The notes under the pieces were generated by a model that saw only the letters and a list, made by a program, of their open reading frames with translations, ran no database searches and was not told where the DNA came from. From Malacoraja senta (lineage: Eukaryota), in assembly GCA_038087875.1 (NCBI GenBank), contig JAXLNO010002050.1:62001-106575 (forward strand): a stretch of DNA of 44,575 nucleotides. Direction: 5' to 3'. This document shows, piece after piece, positions 34,144-44,575 of this stretch; positions within the stretch are counted from its first letter, which is position 1, and each line of letters opens with the position of its first letter. The position numbers were made by a program, and so were the translations under genes.

Positions 34144-36569
34144 ACAAGTCTAAACGGGAAGGAAACGCTCCTGTAAGTGAAAAGTAACCCACTTACCTTC
34201 CGACTTTTGTTTTACTTTTGTTTTACTCACCGGCTGGAGGAGCTCCTGCTCCTCCACACACGGTCATGAACGCTATGCGTCTGATCAATAATGACGCGTG
34301 TGCGGCTGGACGGGGCTTCTTCACGTAGTCACTCACGTGACTCCGAAGTAAAATCAGCTGGGGAGGGGATGATGGGCAGATGGAGCAAAGTTGGTGTATG
34401 GGTGGTTGTGGGAGAACAAATGAACACCAGTGGTATGGATAAGCTGAAATGTGAAAACTTTATATTCATATAAAGTTACCCAGGTGGATTATCAGATATT
34501 TTACTTAAAACTTTCTGTGCCCAAGGTTAACGACAGATGGGTCAGTGTGTGAGTGGGAAGGGGTATTAAAATACCATACAACAGATCTCAGGATGATCTT
34601 TACTTCAAAGGGATGTGCTGTACAAAATGGTTGACATCTAAGCTAGTTTCTCCACAGTGTGAGCAATGATTGCAGTATAGAAAGTTGAAAGAGATGCAAG
34701 TGAACCTCTGTCTCATTTGAACAGTTTATTCTCCTGTTGTTCACCTCTTCCTCCTCCTCTCCTACCTGTTTCCATCTACCCATTATCCTCTCCCCACCTG
34801 GTTCTACGTTTGATCTACCAGCCTCTGTCCTATCCCTCCCTGATTGCTATATATTGGCAATTCATCCTCTTCCCTAACAGGCCTGGTGCAGGTTCTTGAC
34901 CCTATTTGTGACATCAACCATTTGTCCCAATAATTTTGCTTGAGCCATTGAATGCTTTCAGTCTTCTGTTTTTAGTTGCAGATTCCATTAGCTACAGTCA
35001 TTATTGGATAGAATATATTTTGTTTTAACACTGCATTTAGTCTGAGACACAGCACCAATAAATGTTGTTACATAACGCTTGGTTATTTGATGTCAAAAGT
35101 CTTGATTGTTTGTACTTTGTACATTTCTAATCTAATTCAAAGAATTTATCATCCATATGAATATAAAATTGTCCACAGTGATTGGTGGCACAGAGATCAA
35201 GTACATTTTATGTGGCTCATTTGGTACAAGTTCTGCTCTTGAGATTTCACCTAATAATAGTTGCCTGTAGAATGTGTTTGATGAATAGACCATTGAGTAT
35301 AAGATTTTTGGAAATAGATTGGCATGAAATCCAAGTAAACACATTGGATTGCACCCTGTTTTATAGTGGCTTCATGTTGAGAAGTAAAGGCAAGATATAT
35401 GGAATGTGCAAGATATAATATGAAAGATATAATATGCAAGGCGCAAAATTAAATTGTTGTTAAGAAAATGTAAGGCCTCCATTTATTTGCAACAGCATCA
35501 ATCACAGTTATCTTACGTCAAAGTTGATTTTGTATTTTTTAAAGAATGAATGGGAACAAAATGATCAAAAATGAATTGGCAGTCAAAGTAATACAAGGTT
35601 GTAGTGGAGACAAGTGTGAAGGAACAGGCCACTCTGCCTATCCTGCCAATACTGGTGCATATGGTCCACATGAGCCTCTTCCCACCTTATGCGATCTGCA
35701 ACATGGTTGGCAAGTCTATGCTGGATTCTCCAATGTAGAACCGACTATTCTTATCTCTTTTGTGTTTGCCCAGCCGTCCCCTAAATGCAATTCATTGATC
35801 TGGATCCTCATTCTCACCTGTATTGGGTGGGAGGGGAGGAGAGGGAGCATTCTCTGTCGAATTCCCTGCTGGATTTTATGGTGGAAATGTTTTCACCATA
35901 GTGATTCATTTAAAAGCTTTATGTATTTTAATATCTCCCTTCAGCCACTTCTCAAAGGGGTGGAGGGCAGGGGGTGGACGACTTACCCAGGGACATTCGA
36001 TGACCGTGTTTTGTTTATTTTATCCAAACATTTTTTAATATAGATTAATATAGTATTTTTTTTTGTATCTTGGGTAAGCACATTGAAATAGCAATGGATG
36101 GCGTGTTCAGAAAATTATTTCTGATTTGTCCTCGCTTTGTGAACACCAAACCAATGTATGCATCTGCAAAAAGGCATTGGCACCAGGGTCTCGGTTCCTT
36201 TTAAGCATCCCAGTTATCATGTTCTTTGATGCAGAGGAAATGTGGCCACGATAAATACAAAAATGTTGAAATGCAGAATATAAAAGTAATAGGAATTCAG
36301 GCATTTGAGCCTCAACTATTATTCCATGTGATCAATTGTGACCTAAAATTTATACCTTGATCCTTTTATTTCTCTGATCCTTTGACCATACAAATAACAT
36401 ATAACTCCTTGTATAAATTCAATGATCTGTGTTCAACTGCTTCCAGTGGTATAACATTCCACACCTTCATCATTCTGTGGGAGAAGTAATCGCTCTTCAT
36501 CTCAACTTGAAGCCTGATCATCAGATTGTGACCACTGGGTCCTGAACTGATCGGATTTCCCTCTTGAAT

Positions 36570-36655
36570 ATATGTATGCATACATATATACACATATATC
36601 TATGTGTGTGTGTGTGTGTACCTGTGAGTATGTGTGTATATATATATATATATGT
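36570..36655. repeat. Compound (TA)n/(TG)n microsatellite
   Basis: Seen directly. Confidence 0.85.
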
Positions 36656-37085
36656 GCACACTGATTTTGTTTTTCTCTTTCTCGTTTTTCATATTGTTTA
36701 CCATGTACTATGTTTACATATTCCATTGTGCTGCAGTGAGTAAGAATTTCATTGTACTATCTGGGACATATGAAAATAAAACACTCTTGACTCTCTTGAA
36801 TCTGTACAGACCCATAAGAATGTTGTAGTTGATTTTGAATGGTCCTAATCATAATGTAAAACTAATCGCCCAAATCGCCCTTCATACATTAGTCCTCCCA
36901 TCCCTGAAATCTGATGAACCTTCACGGCACTCCCTCCATAACAAGAACATTCTTCCTAAGATCAGGAGACTAAAACTGCAGATGCCATGGTCTTGGCAAG
37001 CACATTTCTCAGAATAACATGATGTATCTTTAGAAAGGGATAAGGAGGAATCTCTAGAGTCAGAGGGTGGTGAATCACATATTAA

Positions 37086-37668
37086 AGGCTCTGTCTTACC
37101 TGTTTGCGGTCATCGGCGGTGAAGCGCGGCGTCGCCGGTAGAGGGGACTGCACGGCAACGGCGAGAGCGCCGAGCCTATCCACGGGAGCGCCGCACGGAT
37201 GCTGCGCGGGGGCCGAGTAATTCAAATACGGCTGGTCCCACGTGCTTGCGGTAAGTATGAAAAAAGTGCGGGCCGACTGCGATGACGTCGGCCCGCCGCA
37301 CGTGACTCACAAGCGGCGGCTGTGGCGGCGGCCGTCCTGATCGCGGCGCTGTAGCGGTGGCTGTGCCTGCGGCCGTGCCGCACACGTGCCTCACTGGCGG
37401 AGGCTATGGCAGTGGAAGTTTGACGCACGGCGCTCGAGCCACACTGGCGGCGGCCCGTGCGTGCGGCCGTGCCGCACTCGTGCATCACTGGTGGAGGTTG
37501 TGCGGTAAGAATATAGTTTTAAACAGTGTAGGTTTTATTTTAGCACCGTGCGGTGTTGGGAACACCGCCGCACGGCCCCGGAATTGTGCGTTCTCACGAG
37601 TGCGCGGTCTATGGCGGCAGATTCTTCCCGTTTCGCCGCCAATGACCGCAGACTCGTGAGACAGGCCT
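37086..37668. mobile_element. TTAA-flanked, CpG-rich MITE with ~35-40-bp imperfect TIRs (Kolobok- or Harbinger-like; superfamily uncertain)
   Basis: TTAA|AGGCTCTGTCTTACCTGTTTGCGGTCATCGGCGG at the left end versus reverse-complemented right end TTAA|AGGCCTGTCTCACGAGTCTGCGGTCATTGGCGG. Internal repeat gcggccgtgccgcac occurs twice. Confidence 0.85.
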
Positions 37669-40600
37669 TTAAGTTCTTGGAGCTCTGGAAAATTATCAAT
37701 CTTTGATGGGAAGAATGGATAGGGAGGCTGCTCACTTTGCTGGAGGGTTTGAGAGCGGACAAGGAATTCTATGCAAGTAGGCTGGTTTTGGGAAACAATT
37801 AGATGATTGAGGGCTCACTTAGAATAACTGGGAAATGATGGAGCAGCCTACAAGGATATTTACAGTGTAGCTAAAGGAGAAGTTAAACCTTTCTTTTCTC
37901 CGAGACATGCAAGAATAGCTTGGTGCTTGATTTAATGCAGAACCTTTGAAGGACAGTGGCTGGGCCCGCAAGATCTCCACACCAGCCATCATAAATAGGA
38001 GTCTCCAATGGGCAGAAGACTGTGAGACTTGATGGTATTTGCCACGGCTTCTATCATTTAACACATTGAGCTGAAAGCCATGAGATTCATTGCTTTTTTA
38101 ATGCTTTGTCTTGTAATTTGACGTAATAAAGATAGTCATTTGTACCCTTGAAATTTTCTTTCTCCGTTCATTGATCCAAATCCTATTTATGTTTCATCAC
38201 AAAGAGAGAATTGGATAAACTAATTGTGAGCAAAAGCATGCAAAACTACAGTCTAAGGGCTGGGGTTGAACAAGTGATTTTCTCCGGTAGAGAGGTGGCA
38301 TTGGCCTGATAGGATGAATGGTCTCCATCAGCACAGTAAACATTTAAATGATCCATTGATTTGTATTTATCATCGTATATCAAATAAACTTAGGGATACG
38401 GAAGGAGAAATATTTTGGCCTGTTTATATGGTGCAAAATAACCCACCCCAGAACAATAAATAGTTGTGAATTTACACTTAATATTACCTGTCACTGAAGC
38501 AGAGTGCAGAGGTTCTCAAATTCATTTAAGAAATAGTATTAAGGCGACTGTATAGAAAATGGTGGGTATTGCTTGGCAGCAAGATGGGAGTAGTATTGTA
38601 GTGATAGTGATGAGGTGTTTTGATGGCAGTGATCATAATTTAGCATGATTAAAGTAGCAATGTACACTAAGAACGCAGGTTCGCAGCTGAGGTGAAAACA
38701 TTTCCAAGACTGCAACATAATTTAACAGAAATGTAATACAAAATGTAATAAAATAGGGCAATTAAATGGTAACAGTTAACAGATCTCTGGGGATACTAGA
38801 AACTGCAGATATTGGATCGTAGATCAAAACTGTTGGAGGAACACAGTGCGTCAGGCAACATCTGTGGGATGGAATGAACCAACGACAATTCAGGCTGGAA
38901 CTCTTGTTCAGACTGGTGACTTCAAAACGTTGTCAGTCGATTCCCACCACAGATGCTGCCTGACACACTGAATTCTTCATGCACTTTGTTTTTAACACAC
39001 CAGCTGGAAAGAGTCCAGAGAAGATTTACAAGGAGACTTGATAGTGGCATTTGAAGTCTTTAGAAAGGCATAGATATGCAGGGAAAGGAGGGATATGGAA
39101 CATGTGTTGGTGGAGGAGATTAGTTCAACTTGGCATCATGTTTGGAACAGAAGGTGTGGCCCCAAGGGCCTGTTCCTATGCTGAACTGTTCTGCAAGTCA
39201 CTGATTCTATGTTCAGGGAGGGTGAGGTTGAGAAGGCTCTTTTCAATAGAAAATAGGTGCAGGAGTAGGCCATTCGATCCTTCGAGCCAGCACCGCCATT
39301 CAATGTGATCATGGCTGATCATCCCCAATCAGTACCCCGTTCCTGCCTTCTCCCCATATCCCCTGACTCTGCTATTTTTAAGAGCCCTATCTAGCTCTCT
39401 CTTGAAAGCATCCACTGCCCTCTGAGGCAGAGAATTCCACAGACTCACCACTCTCTGTGAGAAAAAGTGTTTCCTCGTCTCCGTTCTAAATGGCTTACTC
39501 CTTATTCTTAAACTGTGGTCCCTGGTTCTGGAAATGTGGCCCCTGGTTCTGGATTTCATTCCTTAGAGTGCAAAAGGATGGGGTGATCTGAAAGAGGTTT
39601 ACAAAATTATGTGAGCAATCAATCAGGTAAATGCGCATGAGTTTTTTGCCCACAATAGGGGACTCGAGAACCAGAGAATATATATTTACGGTGAGAGGTG
39701 GGTGAGTGTGGAGATGTTGCCTGGGGATAACATTTTTACACAAAGAGTGGTGGGTATATGGAACGAGCTGCCAGAGGAGGAGGTTGAGACAGGTACTATC
39801 ATAACAATAAATAGACAATTGGACAGGTACAAGCATAGGATAGGTTTAGAGGGTTATGAGCCAAGCGTGGGGAGTTGGGACTAATGTAGATGGGGCATGC
39901 TGTGCCGAAAAGCCCGTTTCGACGCAGTCTTACTAGGGGCAATTTACAGGGGGCAATTAACCGATAAACCTGCACGAGTTTGGAATGTGGGTGGAGACCA
40001 GCGCCTGGAGAAAACCCACGTACGACGTTCACACAGACAGCGTCCGTAGTCGGGATCAAACCCGGGTCTCTGACGCTGCGAGGCATCCGTTCGACTGCTG
40101 CGAATTTTGTTTGTATTTTCTGATTTAAATCAAAGATGTTGGTATAGATATGAGTTCCATGTTTAGGAAATGTGTGAATGTCAGCAAAGTTGTTTGCAGG
40201 TGTAGTATTAGGCAAGATGTAAACTGCCTTGACATTCAATAACATTACCAAGCTAACTCCTCCGCCATCAATCTCTGTTCAAATAATAATTGAATCACCG
40301 TCTTTTTGACCAGACAGTAGGACGCGCGTGAACTTGGAAGCTGCAGGGAAAATCACTAATTTGGACTGGTGTTACTTTTGGCCACTGAATGGAAGATTAT
40401 AATCATTTTCCTCTGGACGGTGGAATCAACACCCTTTCGCTTTCCAAGCGGGCAATTAGTGCTGTTCTCCCTTTGAAATCTACCGTGTAAAAATAGCACC
40501 TGCAGATCAAGATCCAAATTGACCGCCATTCTGATTTGGAAATATGTCCTGATCCTCAGTATTGCAAATGCCGAATCGCCCCACGCCGACAGAATATTGT

Positions 40601-41051
40601 ACTGGCGCATGGAGGTCTTCAGCGGTGGAAAAAAAGATGGCTCTTCACTGTAGATGAAATGTGCATGTACCTTTAACATAGTGACCTCACCACTACTAAC
40701 CACTCCCCACATCACTGGTATAATTACAACCTTCCCACCCAGTTCTCTCTCTCTCTGGTTCCAGTGACAGACCATGGACAGCTAGGGCAGCAAAGTATGT
40801 TTATTATGAATAAACAGTAGTAACGATACAGTGCATTATGACCCATCTTTACATTCACTACGTAGTCAAAGGCAAAAAGGAAATTTTAATACAACCTTGC
40901 TACCTGCTTAAAATAAACACTGGGTGCTGCAATCGATAGATACAACGTGTTGGTTTATTATTGACACGGGTAACTAGATACAGTGAAAACCCCTTTGCGT
41001 GGTATTCAGCCAAATCATACTATGCATGAATACAATTAAGCCATACATAAG

Positions 41052-41605
41052 TGTGAGATGCAAAATCACAAACGCTTTTAGAGGCAAAGCCGGCAAAGAA
41101 GCTTTTTATTTAAATCATATTCTGCAGAATAGGTGCCTCTCCTCTGATGTCCCCTAGAGGCACACCGAGGATCGGGATGTCTTCTATCTTTATACATTTC
41201 ATGGGTATCATTGTCACACCCTCATCCATCCCCATTGAGCTTCTTCCAATCATAACCTAAAGCCCACATTCCCACGAGAACGTCCTGGAACGTCCACCTA
41301 ACGTCAAAGACACCTCCCATATCATGCATCGCATGTGCATTTAAATTAGGCATCTTGTCATAGTGGGTGTGTGTACATATTCATGTAAGTTCATTAGGCA
41401 TGCACAGATATGTTTGACCTTATGTACTTTCTCTCTTTCTACTTCTCAAATCTTCTGCTGAATTTGCTACTTTTTATCTAGAATTTCTCTCTGTTCTATA
41501 TATCGTTATTTTCTATTTTACCAGCAGTCTGGCTTCTGCTGACACCCCAAGCCATTTTTCTATCCCTAGTCTAAATCAACCATGTCTGTTAACTCTTTCC
41601 TCACA
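41052..41605 (-). mobile_element. Retroviral 3' LTR (554 bp)
   Basis: TGTGAG...CTCACA inverted termini, immediately preceded by the polypurine tract AAAAAAGAAAAGGGTGGAT. TATAAAG near 41190 and AATAAA near 41105-41110 on the minus strand. Confidence 0.85.
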
Positions 41606-42022
41606 ATCCACCCTTTTCTTTTTTGCTACGCAACCTTTGATTTCTACTATCTTCCTTTTCTAATGCTAGCAGCAGATTCTTCGCCTCCCTATCCCCCTCT
41701 CGTTGGTTATACTGTGTTCTGAAGGCCATCATGGTGGCAGCGCTGTTCTTTGTCAGGGCTGTTTCTATCAATCGCTGAGCCAATCCCCGTACGCAGGGAA
41801 TGATACAACATCCGAACAAACACAGTAACCCCACCATGACTACCACTGATGTTAGAGCTGAGGTAAAGATGTGCTTCCATTTCCCAAACCAGGATTCTAG
41901 AAACCCAGTCCAGGAGTTGTCTACTCCAGAGTTCTCAGCCAATTCGATAGACAGAGAGGTGAGACCTGCTAGGGCTCTTGACACTGACCCATCCGGAGCA
42001 GTGTTGTTGGGGATGAATCGCC
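41601..42022 (-). pseudogene. env: Endogenous retrovirus env TM-subunit C-terminal remnant
   Basis: FIPNNTAPDGSVSRALAGLTSLSIELAENSG..WFGKWK + TM (FTSALTSVVVMVGLLCLFGCCIIPC) + tail. The ORF runs through the PPT and stops inside the LTR. The 5' part is replaced by unrelated DNA. Confidence 0.85.
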
Positions 42023-42063
42023 CGTTCACACACGCGCGGGTGGAGGGCGTGCGTGTGTGTGGG

Positions 42064-42368
42064 CACACAATACTTCAGGTGTGGTCTCACCAGGGCCCTG
42101 TACAACTGCAGAAGGACCTCTTTGCTCCTATACTCAACTCCTCTTGTTATAAAGGCCAACAGGCCAAAACTGCACACAATACTCCAGGTGTGGTCTCACC
42201 AGGGCCCTGTACAACTGCAGAAGGACCTCTTTGCTCCTATACTCAACTCCTCTTGTTATAAAGGCCAACAGGCCAAAACTGCACACAATACTCCAGGTGT
42301 GGTCTCACCAGGGCCCTGTACAACTGCAGAAGGACCTCTTTGCTCCAATACTCAACTCCTCTTGTTAT
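42064..42368. repeat. 109-bp tandem array (about 2.8 units) of a CR1 internal segment, with a further unit at 43724-43822
   Basis: Unit starts at 42064, 42173 and 42282; units are near-identical. Confidence 0.9.
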
Positions 42369-43722
42369 TCAGATTCAGATTCAGATTATTTAATGACCAC
42401 ACAGTCAAGCTGGTGGAATTCATGTTCAGTACAGGATGTTACACAAAAGGCTGATTCCCGTCAAACATAACATAAAACACAACAACATACAGTATACAGT
42501 ACATGCACGAGGTGGCTATGTGATGTTGTCATAGAATGTTCAGATTTCGAATTGCATATGGGTAGAAACTGTTTTTAAATCGTGATGTTTTGGCGGGCAG
42601 TGAGCTGTAGCGCCTTCCTGACGGCAGCAGGTGGAAGATGTGGTGAGCTGGGTGGGAGGGATCAGAAATGATTTTATTCACCCTTGACACAGACCGTTTG
42701 AGATTGAGTGATTCTATTGATGGGAGGGAAGTGCTGATGATTTTGGATGCTTTGTTGACAATGCGCTGTAGTTTATTACGGGGGTGAGTGTCCAAGCTGT
42801 TGTACCAAACTGTTATTGATGAAGTGAGCATGCTTTGGATGATGGCTGTGTAAAATCGGATTAGGAGATGTTTCCTCACTCTGAACTTCTTGAGCTGACG
42901 GAGAAAGAAAAGTCTTTGGTTGGCTTTTTTATAAATGTGATCTGAATTGATTTTCCATTTGAGGTTATTGCTTATGTGAGTGCCAAGAAATTTGAATGAG
43001 TCAGTGGTGGATATGGGTTCGCCAGAGATGAGTAGGGGGGTCTTGGGTTGTGCCTTCCGTCTGAGATCAATGATAAGTTCATGTGTTTTTGATGTGTTGA
43101 GTAGGAGTTATTATCTGCTTTGTTTGTTTGAGTGCGGTATTCTGTTTCGTTGTTGTGTTAGAGATGAGACCTATAATGGTTGTGTCATCTGCGTATTATA
43201 TATTTTGACTGAACTATACTGGGATGTGAGTTGATTTGTGTAGAGTGAGAATAACCAGGGTGACAAGACGCAGCCCTGAGGGGCTCCTGTACTGAGGTGC
43301 AGAGGGTGAGATATGGTGTTATGTATCTTCACCCTCTGTTGTCTGTTCCAAAGGAAGCTATTGATCCAATGACAGACGCAGGGGTCAATGTTCATGTCCT
43401 GTTAATTTATGGAAAAGTTTAACCGGGTTGATGGAGTTGAATGCCGAACTGTAGTCCATGACAGGATGCGGGCGTAAGTGTTGGCGGTTTCCAGGTGTTG
43501 CAGAGTGTGATGGATGGCCAGGTTGACTGTGTCTTCTACTGACCTGTTTGCTCTATATGCGAATTGATGTGGGTCCATGTTGGATGAAGTGCTGGTTTGG
43601 AGTGAGCGAGAATAATGCGCTCAAATGACTTCATGGCCACAGATGTAAGGGCAATCGGTCTGTAGTCATTGAGGCAGGATGTTGTGTTAGACTTGGGCAC
43701 AGGAATGATGGTGGATTATGAA
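42369..43722 (-). mobile_element. Rex1/Babar-like non-LTR retrotransposon, 5'-truncated (RT C-terminal half)
   Basis: GAPQGCVLSPWLFSLYT, YADDTT (frameshifted), LLPSGRRY..RFKNSFYPYAIR and an (AATCTG)n tail. Clade assignment is approximate. Confidence 0.75.
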
Positions 43723-44261
43723 GGCGAACAGGCCAAAACTGCACACAATACTGCAGGGTGTGGGTCTCACCAGGGCCCTGTACAACTGCAGAAGGACCTC
43801 ATTGCTCCAATACTCAACTCTTTCTCTGTTTTCTTTAGTGCCTTTCCAATAAAATGAAAACATATTTTACACTTTGTTGACACCTTGATGTTTGAATTAT
43901 GTTCTTCAACCAGTTTAGTCTAGTTTAGTTTAGAGATACAGTACGGAAACAGGCCCTTCGGCCCCACCGAGTCCATGCCGACCAGCGATCCCCGCACACT
44001 AACACTATCCTACACACACACAGGGGGACAATTTTACAATCTTTACCAGAAACCAATTAACCTACAAACCCGCACATCTTTGGAGTGTGATAGAAAAACA
44101 GAGCGCCCGGAGAAATCCCACGCAGGTCACGGGGAGAGAACGTGCAACACCGCACAGACAGCACCCGTGGTCGGGATGGAACCGGGGTCTCTGGCGCCGT
44201 GAGGCGGCAACTCTACCGCGGGGCTCACCGTGACGACCAGAGAGGGTGGGAGAGGTGGATA

Positions 44262-44560
44262 CTTCTCTCTCCCTCTCTCTCTCTCCCTGCTTGCTCTCTA
44301 TCTTCCCTCATCCCTCTCTCTCTCTACCCTCTCCCTCTCTCTCTCTCCTCTCTCTCTCTCCTCTCTCTCTCTCTCTCCCTCCATCTCTCTCCCTCCCCCC
44401 TTTCCCTCTCTCCATGCCTCCATCCCCCCTCCTTGTCTCTCCCTCCCTCCATCCCCCCTCCTTTGTTCTCTCCATCCCTCTCATCCCCCTCCTTTGTTCT
44501 ATCCATCCCGGCTTCACCCCCCTCCTTTGGTTCTCTCCATCCCTTCCCCAGACCCCCCCT
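44262..44560. repeat. About 300-bp polypyrimidine/polypurine (CT)n low-complexity tract
   Basis: Almost exclusively C/T on the plus strand. Confidence 0.9.
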
Positions 44561-44575
44561 GATCGTCGGCGGAGT

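Larger units (their letters stand above)
29294..34354 (-). mobile_element. Full-length DIRS1-like tyrosine-recombinase retrotransposon (about 5.06 kb), RT-defective
   Basis: Order on the minus strand is gag-like, RT/RNaseH, MT, YR. 36-bp ITR at 29368-29403 vs 34292-34327 (1 mismatch). ICR 29520-29632 is complementary to both termini. AAT at both ends, no TSD. Confidence 0.95.

Noticed and set aside
37176-37659. Ala/Arg-rich ORFs; gene-promoter CpG island
   Set aside because: Lie entirely within a TIR/TTAA-bounded MITE.
39250-39880. Twin-primed inverted CR1
   Set aside because: The two arms look like different CR1 subfamilies, so independent insertions are simpler.
41800-42470. Plus-strand ORFs with repeated peptides
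   Set aside because: Produced by the 109-bp CR1 tandem and the antisense strand of env.
44230-44562. Low-complexity ORFs (LSLS / RERE)
   Set aside because: Translation of a CT microsatellite.

Overview
Repeat-dense vertebrate DNA. The repeat families point to a cartilaginous fish, probably a skate or ray (inference). There are two assembly gaps (18663-18828, 19815-19952). Host coding content is limited to MHC class I-like exons in an odd arrangement. An intact alpha1 exon lies on the minus strand (1524-1784). On the plus strand there is a truncated alpha3 (C1-set) exon (from 12773), a TM exon (15455-15562), a possible 36-bp tail exon and a terminal exon encoding YQNI followed by AATAAA; I found no alpha1/alpha2 exons upstream on that strand. 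The rest is mobile DNA. A full-length DIRS1-type tyrosine-recombinase retrotransposon (29294-34354) has ITRs, an ICR matching its circle junction exactly, an open YR ORF and a dead RT. Also present are a near full-length but disabled L1 with a nested insert, a second truncated L1, an ERV env tail plus LTR, hAT-like and TTAA-flanked non-autonomous DNA elements, CR1 and Rex1/Babar-like LINE fragments, many tRNA-derived SINEs, and Penelope-type short repeats with decayed minimal hammerhead ribozyme cores, some in tandem. All calls are by eye; no searches were run, and repeat boundaries are approximate unless a TSD or TIR is given.
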